Assembly (NCBI RefSeq): GCF_009914755.1
Contig: NC_060944.1
Source of the DNA: the human T2T-CHM13v2.0 reference genome, Homo sapiens
Reading direction: 5' to 3' (one strand)
DNA length: 64,000 nucleotides
The translations under genes were made by a program, and so were the position numbers. Numbering within the stretch: the stretch's first letter is position 1; each line of letters starts with the position of its first letter. The notes below the pieces were generated by a model, which saw nothing but the letters and a program-made list of their open reading frames with translations, searched no databases and was not told where the DNA came from. Of this stretch, positions 38,346-50,849 are shown in pieces.

Positions 38346-41300
38346 AGAGACCTTGCTTTCAACCCACAGCTGGAGCAGGTCAGCAGGCACAGCCTGGGCT
38401 GTGGAGTCAGAGAAGACATGGGCTTGAAGCCCACTTCTGCTGGCCTTGCTTTATGTGTCACTTCTGGGAGGACACTTGACCTCTTACGACCCACAGGCCA
38501 CCTTGATCTTGACTCTGGGTAAAATCAATCAACTCCTCAACTGGTCTCCCACTCCCAAAAAAGGGAGCATGAAAAGTCTCTTTTCTACAAGGACATTCTC
38601 TAAAAATACCAAATGAGTAAGGAGAGCCTTTGCAACCCCCCAGCCCTCCCTGCCTTTCAGGGAAGTTGTGTGCACTGAGCCATTAATATGGATGGCACCT
38701 TCGGCACCAAGGAGGCTACCCTGTCGCAAGGCTGAGGAGCTCCAGGCACTGAGTTGGATCCGGAATTCCCTGGCAGCCGTTAGCATCCTGATGCTTTGAC
38801 ATCTGAGATATGAGATTTCCACTCTGGACCCAAACACTGCGTGCTTTCATCCTCCTGAAGAGATGTTGTCGCCTGCAGCTGCATGGTCCTTTCTCCCCAC
38901 CTCCATCTCCCCTCTGGACTCACTGAGTCATCAGCTGGAGGTGGAGGGGGTTCATTTTTCTTGCTCTTCATGAGCCCAGGATACCCAGGAAGGTTTCTGG
39001 TGTCTGTGGTAGTGCATTTCCAGGCTGGCATAAAGGCAACATGGACACAAATGCATACTATCCTCCTTAAACACTTCCCTAAGAATGGGCATGAGTCTAC
39101 ATGTTAGCACTTCGTAATCACTGGAATCCGATGCCACTGTTAGCCCCTGCCCTGGGCCCTACACTTTAGAATCCATAGGGCAAGGAGTTCATGGACCAAG
39201 GCCAGTGCCCACCCCTTCAAGATTATGTTCCAAGCACACAGAAGCCCAGAATTCTCCACCCAAATAGCCATGAGCCTGCTGCCAAGGCCCTTGCAGGTTT
39301 TCTCCCTGGCTCCTCTTCTTGTAGGGAAGAGACCCAAGTGGGGCAAGCTTCAACACACAACATACATGCCTGTGTCCAACGTGAGGCCAGGTGGGCAGAG
39401 CAGCAGGGCAGAGACAAATGTTCGGGTGGACCTGCTGGTGCCATCCCCAAGGCCCAAGATCAAATCTTGTTATCCTACCCACTAGAATATAAGCCCCTAC
39501 CACCAGAATGTAAGCCCCAATAAAGAAGCCCCTTTGTACTGTGTCCAGCCATTGAATGCCTGGAGTTGGACAGTCACTTTTTGTTCAGGGCAGGAGTAAA
39601 TTATTCTTTCTATCCCCTTCACCTTCCATGTTGTACAGCACATTTAGGATGCTCAGAAATTTTTAAACAAACATCATTGGATGTAAGAACTGCTGGAAGG
39701 GTAACATCTGGCATTTGACTGGCCAGCAGGAAACAGATGAATGCATGGGTCAAAGCTGCAAGAAGCAAAATACAGACTTCCTGCACTTGGACATCTAGAA
39801 AGCATTTTTTGAGCCCCTGCAGAGTAGTGCTGGGCTGAGTCCTTCTAGATGCTCAGGACATGGCTTCACTCTGAAGGAACCTGCTGTCTTGTGAAGAGAA
39901 CCACTTATGGTCAGCACCTGCCATGCACCAAATGCTGACGAGGGTCTATACAGCGTGCTGTGCTGTGGGAGCTTAGAGGAGGCAACTCAGTGTCAGGAAG
40001 GCCAGGTGGTGCTGTTCTTGAAGAGTGCAGGCAGATTCCAAAGAAGCATGGAGAAAAGGGACTCCACACAGGAATGGGAAGCCTCATGATCAGAGACACA
40101 GAGAGGTGAGAGTCAGGGAGTCTAGAGAGAGCAGAAACCAAAGGTGTTGGTGTTGGAGAGTGAGAGAATATGAGCGTGGAGAGACTGGCAGGACCTCACA
40201 TGGGAGGCACCACAGGTGATTTAGCTGCTGCGTTGGAGTGGTGAGAGATTCCTGACCTCACCATCCCTCCTTGCCTAGGGTTTGTGCTGCATTAGCTCAG
40301 GCTTCGCCCGAAGTGACCCAGAGTCATCTGCCCTACAGTCAGTTGAGAAGAGCCCAGGCAGGACATAGAAAAAGGCTCAGGGCCATTTGGGCAGGTGATC
40401 CCAGAGTCCCAAGGGCCCTAGGGAATATCCAGAAGGGAATGTGGAGGACAGAACGACCCCAGGAGGCTGTCTCTAGGCTCCTGAAGATCTGGGACTGCCT
40501 TATCCAGGCAGGGGAGTGATGGTCTTCTGCTGGAGGGTCCCAGAGGGGTGTCCTGCCACCTCAGGCTTCCCCCAAGAGAGGGCCATGGGGCTGTCTTTTC
40601 CTGGGGTTCACTGCTCGTAGTCATGGATCTGGACCAGAGGGCCTAGTCCTTGCTGCTCCAGTTTGATCTGAAACCTGATCACACTTAGCATTGGCACCTA
40701 CACTCAACCTGCCCCTTTCCATTTGGGCCCCACGAGTTTGCTTTGCTTCTAAGGCTTGCAGCCTTCAGCCTCAGTCTGGGTAGAAGTCTGGAGACACAGA
40801 TGGTTCTGACCCCTTGATACACTCTTTTAAACCTTAAATGACAAAGCTTGCATTCTTTTTGTTTTTTCTTGTAGATACTTCCCTGTTTTGTGTGTGCTTT
40901 GTGTGTGTTTTGTGTGTGGCTTTGAACAGCCATTGCTGGTTCAACTTTCTGAACATCGCAGCTTGAATGTTCCCTTGGATCTTTCGTGTTTTATGTATTT
41001 CAGAAATCCCAAGCCTGAGAGTGTGCTTTTTAAAAAAGGTTTCTGTTCCTTCTGGCTGTTTGTCATGTATGGTTTCCTTACTAGTGGGGAAATCCATGAT
41101 CTTGACAACTTTTTCAACAAAAGATAGCCCCAAGAAAACACTTGTCTTAGAACTTGCTTTATATCTAATCTATTATAACATTGAAACACTAAAAGCAGGA
41201 TTTCCTGTCTGTGAGGAAATTTGCACCCTATAGATTCATTGAGCCTGTGCCAAGTAAAGGAAGAAGGCTATGAATGATTTTCTAGAATTGTAGTTTGTTT

Positions 41301-43575
41301 GTGATTTATCAAGATCTTGTGAAATTTTGCTCATTATCCCCATGACACAAATAGCTGAATCTGGGAGATTATAAGCCAAGCTACGCATTTCTCTTCCAGT
41401 AAGAGTCTTTAAATCATCAATATTTGGAATTCTTTCTCGAAGTTGGTGTGGGTGGCTGCCTATCTTTAAGAGATCAAACTCCACAGCAGGAATAAATACT
41501 CTCTGCACACCTTTTCAGCTTTCAAAAGTATTCTTCCTAAGCTTTGAGCCTTGCTTTCCGATTTTTAATGTAATTCCTGTCTTCTGGAAGGCAGATATTT
41601 CTATATGCTTGTGTGTATGAGAGTAGAAGGTGTCACACATTTGAAAATGATTCTCTATCCCATACCAAGGCAAGCTCTTGTTAAGTGAGTCTGTTTGGTA
41701 GGAGGGCTGCTAATTAGTCCAGCAACCCAGACCTGTCAATAGATGTGCTGGGAAAAGACATATCAAGGAGAATATTTTCAATGTGCGTCTTCATTTTCTA
41801 AACCCTAGGCACGCCCTGAGATGTCCCATAGGAAACTTGGGAATTCAGGCAGAGGGGACTTTTCCCTCCACTGAGCTGTTGGAGTTGCTGCCATCTGCAC
41901 CTCCTCAGGTTGATCAGAGCAGCAAAAGGGATGTTCTGGCCACGTGGGAGGTCCCTGGCCATCTGCCTTAGGCCCCTTCTGTTTAGTGGTAGGGACTCCC
42001 TTGTGCACATCTCCATCTTCACACTCCTGTGTCCAGTGCCCATTAGGGGCTCATGTTATTAAAGGAAATAGGCTCTCTACGGCGCAGGTCATTCCGGAAG
42101 TCCAAGCAGGATTCTTGTGCTGAGCTGAGCCGTCAAGCCGGGGCTCCCTACAAGTGGAGGTTCTCCAACAATGAGGAAGAGGACCATTAACATCACTCCT
42201 TTTGGTGTCTGCATGGTGAGGGTGCCCAGGGCATGATCTCAAGGTTGGTGGTCTCCCCTGTTCCCCGCGTCAACACCTGTCCGCACTTCTTTCTTCCTCC
42301 CCTGGACCCAGGGAATTTTATCTGGTCTGGGAATTGGGGAATCTCACTTATGAGCTTACATCCAAATTCTCTCTTATTCCTAGATCAGCTTTTAAACTTC
42401 AGAATGTGCTTTCTGTCTCATGATCCCATTGTGACCTCTTTGCTCCCCAAAACTGCAGAGGAAGCTGATTAGCATTGGAGGGCAGCCTTTGATATAGAAG
42501 TGATGAAAGTGATTGGAGTACTGGGGAAGGAGGGAGGCTAGTCACATCTTATCCTCCCTCTGGCTTTGTGGTTTTCAGGTCCACTGTCTATTTCTGGATT
42601 TTGTGTTATTCCTAGCCTAGCAGAGTACCTAGGTGACCTGAACCATGCTTTCCTTCCCTCCTTCCCTCTTTGCCTCCCTCCCTCCCCACACAATCCTTAT
42701 TCTCTCAGAAGAAGTGTGTCTCTGCCTCCACTCTGGCCCTGGCTCTAGCTGTTGTCATCTTTTGTGCACTTGCCCTGCTTCTTCAGTACCTCCCGGCACT
42801 GGTCAGTTTCCTAATTTATAGTCCCCAGAAGTCTCTAATTATTGGGCCAGCTCATACTTTTCCTGCCTGGCCATGGGGTGACCATCCCCTATAGGTTGAC
42901 TCCCCCTGGGTCAGGTCTTAACCAGTCAGTGTGACCAAATCACACAGGTTTCCATAGGAGGCCTGGAGGGAGAGGAGTCTCAGCTCCACAACCCCACCTT
43001 CCCATCCTCAGCAAAAGTGGAGACTTATGTGGATGTGTTCTTGAAGGAGCATGAGGCTGGGACACCTCCTGGGAGAGCCCAGGTTCCAAGTGGAAAGGGG
43101 TCCCTTCCTCCCAGCTGACTGCTCCTCTTTCAGGTCTGGGGGAGGAGAGGAGGAGGAAGCTCTTCTTTCTGGAAGGAGCCTCACCAAATGGATGTCATTT
43201 CCTGGGGCCTGAGGTTCTTCCAGTTATTTCTGCTATTTAATTTTAATATCTGAAAGAATTATTTCCCTGGGTGCACTCCCCCAGGCCCAGATTGCTGTTG
43301 TTCAGAGCCAAAGAATAAACTAATGATGCAGTAGCCAGTTCTTAGGGGGCAGAAGACCAGGGTCCTGGCAGGAGGTGCAGAAGGCCCCTTCCCCAGCCCC
43401 CATCTCCTCCAGTATTTTGTATATTTAAGCTCACTTTCCACCTCACTCCCAGGGGTATTTTTTTTTCATGGTCTTTCAAGGATGTCTTTTCACTTTTTTG
43501 GCCCTAAGACTCAACTCTCCATTTGTAGGCCATCAGTGTCTAGCAGACCTTCCCCAGCTGTCCAGTAGTCTAAAT

Positions 43576-43712
43576 CTGTGCTGTCTAACGTGGTAGCCAC
43601 TGGCCATGGGAGCTATTGAGCACTTGAAATGTGGCTAGTGTGAATGAGGAGCTAACTTTTTTTTAAATTAACATAAATGTAGATAGCCACATGTAGCTAG
43701 GAATCACCCTAG
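43576..43712 (+). mobile_element. MER3 (hAT-Charlie MITE) fragment
   Basis: CTGTGCTGTCTAA..GGTAGCCACT..CTATTGAGCACTTGAAATGTGGCTAGTG..ATAGCCACATGTAGCTAG. Confidence 0.8.
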
Positions 43713-44320
43713 AAGGCCTAGCAATGAATTCTAATTCAGTATCTTCCCTTCCTCGTTTATGTCATCAACTTGAAATCAAGAAGCAGAAGTGGCTGGAGAA
43801 AAGGTTGTCAGCAAAGAGACACTGCTGCTTTACTCAGTCCTCTCAAGGGCTGGCCTGGCTTTAGCCATCCAAACAAGCAGGATGTATAGAAGGCACTGCC
43901 AGGCCACCAGGCTTACCAAAACAAGGGAAGGATGAGATGTTCTGGTAAGGAGGAAGGACACCCAAGTTAAAAGCTAGAAAAACATGTATATGACCAACAA
44001 GCTTCCTGCTTTGGAACAAGTCCCAGAACTTCTCCTGACCTCAATATCCACATCAATAAAGTGGGAACGCATGGTAGGTGCTCCGTCAGTGTTAAGGTTT
44101 TTGATCTTCACCGTCTCTTCCCCCGCAAACGCCACCAAAGGCAGCTCAGCTGTGCTTGCCAACCCCATCACAAAGTACCTCCTGTCACAGGGCCAGAGCC
44201 CAATCCATTCAGACGGAGCTGCCCTCCTTGTGAGCAACAGAACGGGGTGGCGCAGGAGGCCTCTCTGCAACTGGTGTTGCTGCCATGCCCAGGGCTCCAG
44301 GAGAGGCTGCTCCTGCAGGG

Positions 44321-44510
44321 TTTTTTTTTTTTAACTGAATAACAATAATCATCTATATTTATGGGGTATAATGTGATGTTGTAATTACATTGTAGAATAA
44401 GCAAATCAGGCTAATTAATATATTTATCACCTCACATTCTTACTTATTTGTGATGAAAACATTTAAAATCTCTTTTACCAATTTTGAAATACATATTATT
44501 ATTAACTATA
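44321..44510 (-). mobile_element. L1MA-type 3' end with poly-A tail
   Basis: T12 followed by TATATTTATGGGGTATAATGTGATG..AAATCAGGCTAATTAA..ATCACCTCA..AAAACATTTAAAATC..ATTATTAACTATA. Confidence 0.85.
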
Positions 44511-44765
44511 AAAAAGGAAAGGGAGAAGTGAAATTGTCTACTAATGACGTGGTCTTGTATGTGGAAAACCCAAAAAATCCTGCCAAAAGACCGTTAAAAC
44601 TGACGAACAAATTCAGTATAAAGTTGCAAGGTACAAAATCAACACACAAAAATCAGTAGCATTTCTATACACTAAAAACAAACTATCTTCAAAAGAAATT
44701 AAGAAAACAAACTCATTTACTGTGGCATTAAAAATAAGATAGGAGTGCATTTAAACCAGGGGGGT
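44511..44765 (+). mobile_element. L1 ORF2 RT-region fragment, inverted relative to the adjacent 3' end
   Basis: Translates to KGEVKLSTNDVVLYVENPKNPAKRPLKLTNKFS, homologous to ORF2p [20 protein letters not shown]. Followed by AAAATCAGTAGCATTTCTATACAC. Confidence 0.85.
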
Positions 44766-45164
44766 TTGAAATTTGAGGGGACCTGCATGATCTGGTCAGA
44801 AAGGTCCCAGCAACAACTCACTTGCAGGGCAGACGTGTTTAGTTAAGGGATTTTACTCTGGAAGAGAAAAATGATTAGAATAGCTTGTGGAATTTGCTGT
44901 TTACTCTTGGAAAAGTGCTGAGCATGTCCTTAATTTGTCAGTGTCAACACAAAGCTAAAACTGGTGTCCAGAGAGGATTAGCACAAAGAGAGTAAATTAT
45001 GTTTCCATACATCAGTGATTTAAATCACTGCCTCACCCCCTTGATCATGAGACTTAATTCAGAAGGTCCAGGTCTAATCATTCAGCCCCACAGGCCCCAT
45101 GGCTTGCTGGTGGGTTGATATCCTAGGACCTGAGCTGGATATAAAGCATGACGGCTTAGAGCAT

Positions 45165-45365
45165 GCCCTTGCAGTGAAACCCATCTGAGTCGTAGTCCTG
45201 AATTTTCCACTTTAGCTTGTAGCCATGGGAAAGCTGTTTTGCCTTCTTGAGCCTCAGTTTCCTCATCTGTCACAGCACCCACCTCATCAGGCTGCCTTGA
45301 AGAACACATGAAAGCAGGTGGATGAAGCTCTTGGCAGAGTGTCTGGCACTGAATAGACGATACCT
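45165..45365 (+). mobile_element. MIR
   Basis: TGAGCCTCAGTTTCCTCATCTGT core followed by CAGAGTGTCTGGCAC. Confidence 0.7.
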
Positions 45366-45379
45366 TACTTGTCCCTCTG

Positions 45380-45800
45380 CTTAGTTCTTGCTACCTGTGC
45401 ATGCCCACCCAACTTTAAAGTTCCAGCCCCTGCAACTCTGGGCATTTTCTGGACCCTCACATCCTATTCTACCTGAATACTGGACAGGCAAGAAGTGCCA
45501 GGAAATCAGCATCCCCCAGAAGAAGGCCTTAGACAGACAGGGGATTGGTGGTGGATAAATGCCTGTTCCCTCTCGCTTCAGCTGGGCTAACAGAAACACA
45601 TGTTCTAGCCTGCCCCCGAAAGTACCCCCAAAGGAATAAGCCCTCGCTGTCTGCCCCAGTGCCCCACTTGGTAACACACCTTTATTAGATGCTCTTCCTG
45701 CCCTGACTCACTTCCCTGCTCCTCTCCTGGAACCTCCTGGGATCCCAATTAAATGACACGCACTGAAAACCACCTGCTTCTGAGGCACAGCCTCCATAGA
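45380..45800 (+). mobile_element. LTR33-like ERVL LTR
   Basis: CCCTGACTCACTTCCC..CTCCTGGGATCCCAATTAAATGA..GCACT..CTGCTTCTGAGG. Confidence 0.55.
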
Positions 45801-46203
45801 TGTCACCTACCATTATTATTATGCAAAACCCACAAAGACTTCAGGACGTACAGAATCCTGAGACTCCAGTCCCTCCTCGACATCCACAGCAAAACTCTGG
45901 CCGGAGTTGACCTGCAACCAGTTTGGTTAATGTCTTGAGGCTGGGCAAGATAGAAGGATGTTTGGGGAATGAGCTTTGAAGTAGACAGTTTCCAATTTGA
46001 TTTTATCATGGCGCCAAATGGTGGTAGAGGAGACATAATTTTGTGTTTTAGCTCATCCCTGCCCTTCAGTAGAGAGCTTATGCACATTGCTTAGATACCA
46101 AACGTTTACATGTGGAGATTAGATACATGCAGCCTGCTGTATGCTCCTCTTCATCTTACTTGTTTATTACTCAGTCCACCTGTTCCCCACTTCATGTATT
46201 TCC

Positions 46204-46630
46204 TTTTTATTTATTTTATTTTTATAGTAAATAAGCTTTATTTATTTGTTCTTCTGGGCTGACATTGCAGCAGTCACAGATCTGCATAACATAGTTACAT
46301 GTTGACTATATCTACAATTTACAAGAGTATTTTTTTCCTCTGAAAAGCATAAGAACAAAAGCTAAGTAAATAATGAGGTACTACTATTTGGAATGATCAT
46401 ATGTCATGGCTTAAAGAACTAGTCTTAGCAAATATTCAGCAAATCAATCTGGATAAAATAGCCAACCAAATGCTCTAATTTATCAGGGCACACTCCATGT
46501 TGGCGCTCAATGGTTTTGTCTCTTTGCCAATAGTTTTCTGACAATTTTGTACCTGGGAAAACTGCAGAACAAGACCTGCTGCTTATCATGACTTGAGACT
46601 TCAGAATAAACACTATCCAGCAGGAGTTTT
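46204..46630 (-). pseudogene. Probable 5'-truncated processed pseudogene (retrocopied mRNA 3' end), parent gene not identified
   Basis: On the minus strand: 39 sense codons ending in TGA (46509-46507), about 280 nt of AT-rich UTR-like sequence, overlapping AATAAA hexamers (46246-46237), then a decayed A tail (46224-46204). No convincing TSD. Confidence 0.6.
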
Positions 46631-46849
46631 GTTTTTATGCCATCCTTCCCCTTTCTCTCCCAAGCCAGCCCCCCTTATATAGTAGAGACTCCAGATAGGA
46701 GTTTCAAGCTTAAGAAGAATCTGATCTTACAGCAGAGAAGCTTCCCTATCCCAGGAACCTGGATATGCAGAGTGTTCTGCAGCCAGTGTCTTGAGGAGTC
46801 ACTTCCTCCTGAGGACCCACACCAGAAGAGCTACAGGAGCCAAGACAGC

Positions 46850-47265
46850 TGTCTCAGGCTGACTCCCCCAGAAGCAGACCCTCAGACAAGGAGGCCAGGG
46901 CAGAGACTTTGGATGATGGTCCCAGGAAGTCCACTATGGGGAGTGAGGTAGAGAAGGAAGGCAGCCCTGAGGGTCTGTGGGAGAGCCAGTGACGGCTGGG
47001 GAGAAGGAGGCTGGAGCTTCATCCCACTGGGGAACTGGCAGGTCATGGAGAACATCCACAACTGATGACCTCAAGCAGGGCAGGGGAGGAGGGGCATCTA
47101 TCCACCAGCTCCTATCTATTGTCTGTCGAGGGCTGCTTGGGGGTCCCAAACTCATAGCATTTCCAGTCGGCCCCACCAAAGCCCTCACACAAATGGACGT
47201 CATGGGGTTTGCATACTCAGGAGAGTGGCCGAGGACGAGGACGGGCACCAACGGTGCCTGTGACA
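46850..47265 (-). mobile_element. LTR33-like ERVL solo LTR
   Basis: TGTCTCAGGCTGACTCCCCCAGAAGCAGACCCTCAGACAAGGA..TCCCAGGAAG..GGGCACCAACGGTGCCTGTGACA. Confidence 0.72.
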
Positions 47266-47809
47266 ACACACACCAGATCCCACCCAGCTGGGCCGCTCAA
47301 AGAGGGGTAGACTTGCACCTGTGCCCACCCCTAGGCTTCAGCTGAAGCTCCCAGCCTGCAGACTCCCCGTGAGTCTTCTTCCCAGCCCCTCATTCCACAG
47401 GCGCGGCTGTGCGGTGAGGATTCACATGCCTCACGAGGGTCCTCTGGGAGTCTCCTGAGGTAGGTGGCTCTGGCAGATTCTCCTGGAGTTTCTCCAGTTC
47501 TGAACGAACTCGGAGGTAGGGGAGTGGGAGAGGATGCCCTGCCTCTCATCCAGCTACCCAGCTTTGACACTCCACCTGGAATGGTCACACCCTCCGCGGG
47601 TGTGCTGTGTCACCCCACTGCCAGTCTCCCCGATAGCTCTTCTTTCTATTCAGCTCACATGTTTCCCTTCCTACCCACTGAGCCATGAAGAGCAAGCGTT
47701 TTGACTGGTCCCAAAGCACCCTTGTTCTCTTCAGTGCATTTCCTCCAGTGCTGGCTCTGATTTTGGACTTGACAAGTCCTATTGGCCCTCCCACCACTTC
47801 CCAGGATTA

Positions 47810-47990
47810 GTGTGGAGGTCACGAGTGCAAGCCCTGGCTATGCCATGTACTGCCTATGTGACCCCTAATATTCTGGGCCTCAGTGTCTCCATTGAGGTAG
47901 CACCTACCTCATGAAGATGAAGAAGATAAAGTGTGTAACATGTTTAATCCAGTGCCCCACTCACAATAGGCACAAGGAAATGTTAGCTCT
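47810..47990 (+). mobile_element. MIR
   Basis: TGTGACC..CTGGGCCTCAGT..CACCTACCTCAT..CAGTGCC..AAATGTTAGCT. Confidence 0.65.
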
Positions 47991-48199
47991 CATATTACTT
48001 TCATCTCTTCTATGTTGGATCAGGCTATGGTCACTTCTTGTCCAGAAAGTGGCCATCTAATTGACCTTCCTGGATTCAGTCTATTCTCTTCCGATCAAAA
48101 TTTAGCTCTACCAACACCAGATCAGCCCTTGAGAGCAACGTCCAGGTCACGCTTTGCTCGGAACTATCCTTCCTCCATCTCCCCCACTATCAGAGGGTC

Positions 48200-48460
48200 C
48201 ACATGGCATGGTGGGGAGAGTGGGTTTTCAGAGTTAGACTTCCTGGGTTCAAACCCCAGCCTTGCTGTTTTTTAGGTACATACTACCTAAAGTAAGAGTA
48301 TAAGTTATTTTCCTTCTGTCTATCTTGATTTTTCTATAAAATGTGGATAATGATAGTATCTACTTCATAGGGCTGTCTGCGTGAGAATTGATCAATCCAT
48401 GCCAGATGCTTTGAGCACAGCAGGGCATTTAGTAAGGACTTAGTAATTGTTGGCCATTGT
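48200..48460 (+). mobile_element. MIR, near full length
   Basis: GAGTTAGACTTCCTGGGTTCAAACCCCAGC..CTATAAAATG..GATAATGATAGTATCTACTTCATAGGGCTGT. Confidence 0.75.
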
Positions 48461-48519
48461 TGTTATTTTTATTTCAGTATCCCCATAATCCATGTGATGA
48501 CTATGTTTGCAGTCTTGCT

Positions 48520-48912
48520 TTTCTCTTCTCATAAACCCCATGTATCACGGCCTAGCAAAAATTAATTATTCACCACCCACCAAGAAATCCCAGTTCCTGC
48601 CTAGGCCCCAAAACCTTTTGTCTCCCTGAAATCCAACTACAAACTCCAGCTAGAAGTCATTTGCCTCCTGGAAGCTTTCTTTGACTTCCTATAAGGAAGA
48701 GTGGGACTTTACACTAGCACAGATCTCCCTCTACTCTAAATTCCCACTTTACTTTGTTGCTGTCCTGTAACATGTCCTTCCCCTCTTCCCAGAATGATGT
48801 TGGAGACCTGGGACCATGCCTCACTCATCTTTATGTCCCCATCATGCCCAGCACGGCACCTTGCATGGAAGAAGTGCTCATTGAATGTGTAGTGTGACGG
48901 TGAATGAATGAC
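48520..48912 (+). mobile_element. L2 3' end fragment
   Basis: GGGACCATGCC..TCATCTTTATGTCCCCA..CCCAGCAC..GTGCTCATTGAATG..TGAATGAATGA. Confidence 0.65.
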
Positions 48913-50669
48913 GTGTGCTTAAGATCTTGGTGTCTGAGTATAGGGTCTATCCACTAAGCTGGTAAGTGAGTGATTTAGCTGTGGTTTCATAAGGCTCTGG
49001 GGGTTTCATCAGTCCTAAGCATAACAAGATGAACTTTGGGGGGCCAGACCTTCCTTAAGAGACATGGACTAAGTTAAATACTCAGGAAACCCCTGCTCAT
49101 GAGGCAGGAGAGAGCAAGATGAAGTAAGAACACACAAGTCTCTTATGCCAGTGGCATGCCCTGTCTCTCTAAGAGGTCCAGATAGCTTGGGCATTGCAAA
49201 GATCCAGGGACAGCAGAGACCCTGCCCTGCAAAGACATGTGCATTTCACAGTTTAAGAGTGACTCAGAGCCCTTTCTGAACATTTGCACAAAGACATAGC
49301 ATCTAAACAAACGTCATCATTACTGAGGATCACGATGTTCTCCAACTTTTATTAAATTAAATTATTTCCCTGAAGGATTGGCTTCTATCTACTGAGATTT
49401 TATTTCAGCAGCCAAATTCAGTGTCCCACACATGAAAGGTACCCAAACATATCACCAACTAAGGGCGGGTGGAGTGAGGTTTGTAAATGTGGCTTTGGTT
49501 TTCTAACCCCATTCAGCCTGAGAGGCAACTACTAGAAAGTAAGCAGTCCTGTTTGTCCCAGGCTCCAAGATTCCACCTAGTAAGGGCCCAGGAGTCCAAG
49601 CTCTTTAAGACCCCTTTGTTTCCCTGATATTCTAAATCCTTTTTTGTCCTCTTTAAAGGCTCCTGAAAATTTTCCCAAGCTCTTCCCATTTCTGGTGCTT
49701 CTTTGTTTTCACAGTTTAAAGAAACTCAAGGGCCCCAAAGATAACTTGTCCTTTCAGTTTGAACAACTTATTTAGGAATTTGGAACCGGATCCCAAAGTG
49801 CTGGTTCAGGGGACATTTGTAATAAACTGTCAGCCATCAGCGCTCCCACTCACCATAAGCTAGGGACACAGGTTGGTGCCCATTTTCCCATCTCTTTACC
49901 TTCCCATCTCTTTACCTTTGGTGCCCTTAACCCATCCTTATTTCCTAAGATGCTTCACCATTTCTCCCAATAATCCCAGAAGCTATTTGCAAATAGATTT
50001 TTTGATGACATGTCCTTTTACTTGGAAATCGCCAAGCACATAGGAAAATCAGGTCTACACGTGGCCCTCACTATTGCGACTTTGGTTTGGATGCTTTTTA
50101 CTGATTATCATGATGAATCCTGAGAATACTGAAAGATACCCTGCTGCTTGCCCATGAGTGGATTCCAAAGGTGGTCATGAAACCTACCTTCTCAGCTGTG
50201 TCATTAGCACTCTGATTGCTGCTGTTTTGTGCACCAAGGTAGAAGCCTGAGGATTTATTTTTTCCCCTTATTGAACTTGTTCCAGCTGTCTTTTCCTCTG
50301 TACTGTGGACCACAGGAATTAGGCAGAGGGGGTATTTTTGGCAGTTAGCTTAATGCTTTTTAGCATCAGAAGCTTTCATGGGACCAGCGGTTTGACTGAT
50401 TGTGGGCCTCTCATTCTCTCCTGGACCCAAGCCCAAATTCATTGGATTTCATGCCTTTGGTTTTTCAGAATTAGTTTGGGGTGAGACCCATTACTCTCCT
50501 TTTTAGAGGATCAAACCTGGAGGATAGTTGTATCCCCATGCTTAGATCTCAGTGTACACATTACACACACACAATGTATATTTATGGTACTCCAACTCTT
50601 TTGTAAAATACAATAGGCACTAATTTTTAACATATTAGGCACAGCTATTTAAAGTATGATTCTGAATAA

Positions 50670-50755
50670 ATGTACATTTGTATGCATGTGAGAAATACAT
50701 GTATGTGTGTATATATGTGTGTGTGTATATGTATATACACACACATAAATATGTG
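50670..50755. repeat. (TG)/(TA)/(CA) compound microsatellite
   Basis: GTATGTGTGTATATATGTGTGTGTGTATATGTATATACACACACATA. Confidence 0.85.
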
Positions 50756-50849
50756 TCTCCGTGGCAACCCATACAACACTTTTTGGGTTTACATAGAGTC
50801 TGAACGTAGTTTGAAATGGAGCTATGAGGTTTTAAAAGACAAAATTATT

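Noticed and set aside
47280-47700. Possible CpG island or promoter
   Set aside because: Only scattered CpGs over a short span. By eye it is well below island density.
47893-47911. TGAGGTAG-cac-CTACCTCA hairpin resembling let-7
   Set aside because: It has only an 8-bp stem, and CTACCTCA is part of the MIR consensus. There is no pre-miRNA-length hairpin or mature let-7 sequence.
49885-49918. 16-bp tandem duplication TTCCCATCTCTTTACC (similarly an 11-bp duplication at 56433-56454)
   Set aside because: Ordinary slippage micro-duplications with two copies only. They are not an array.
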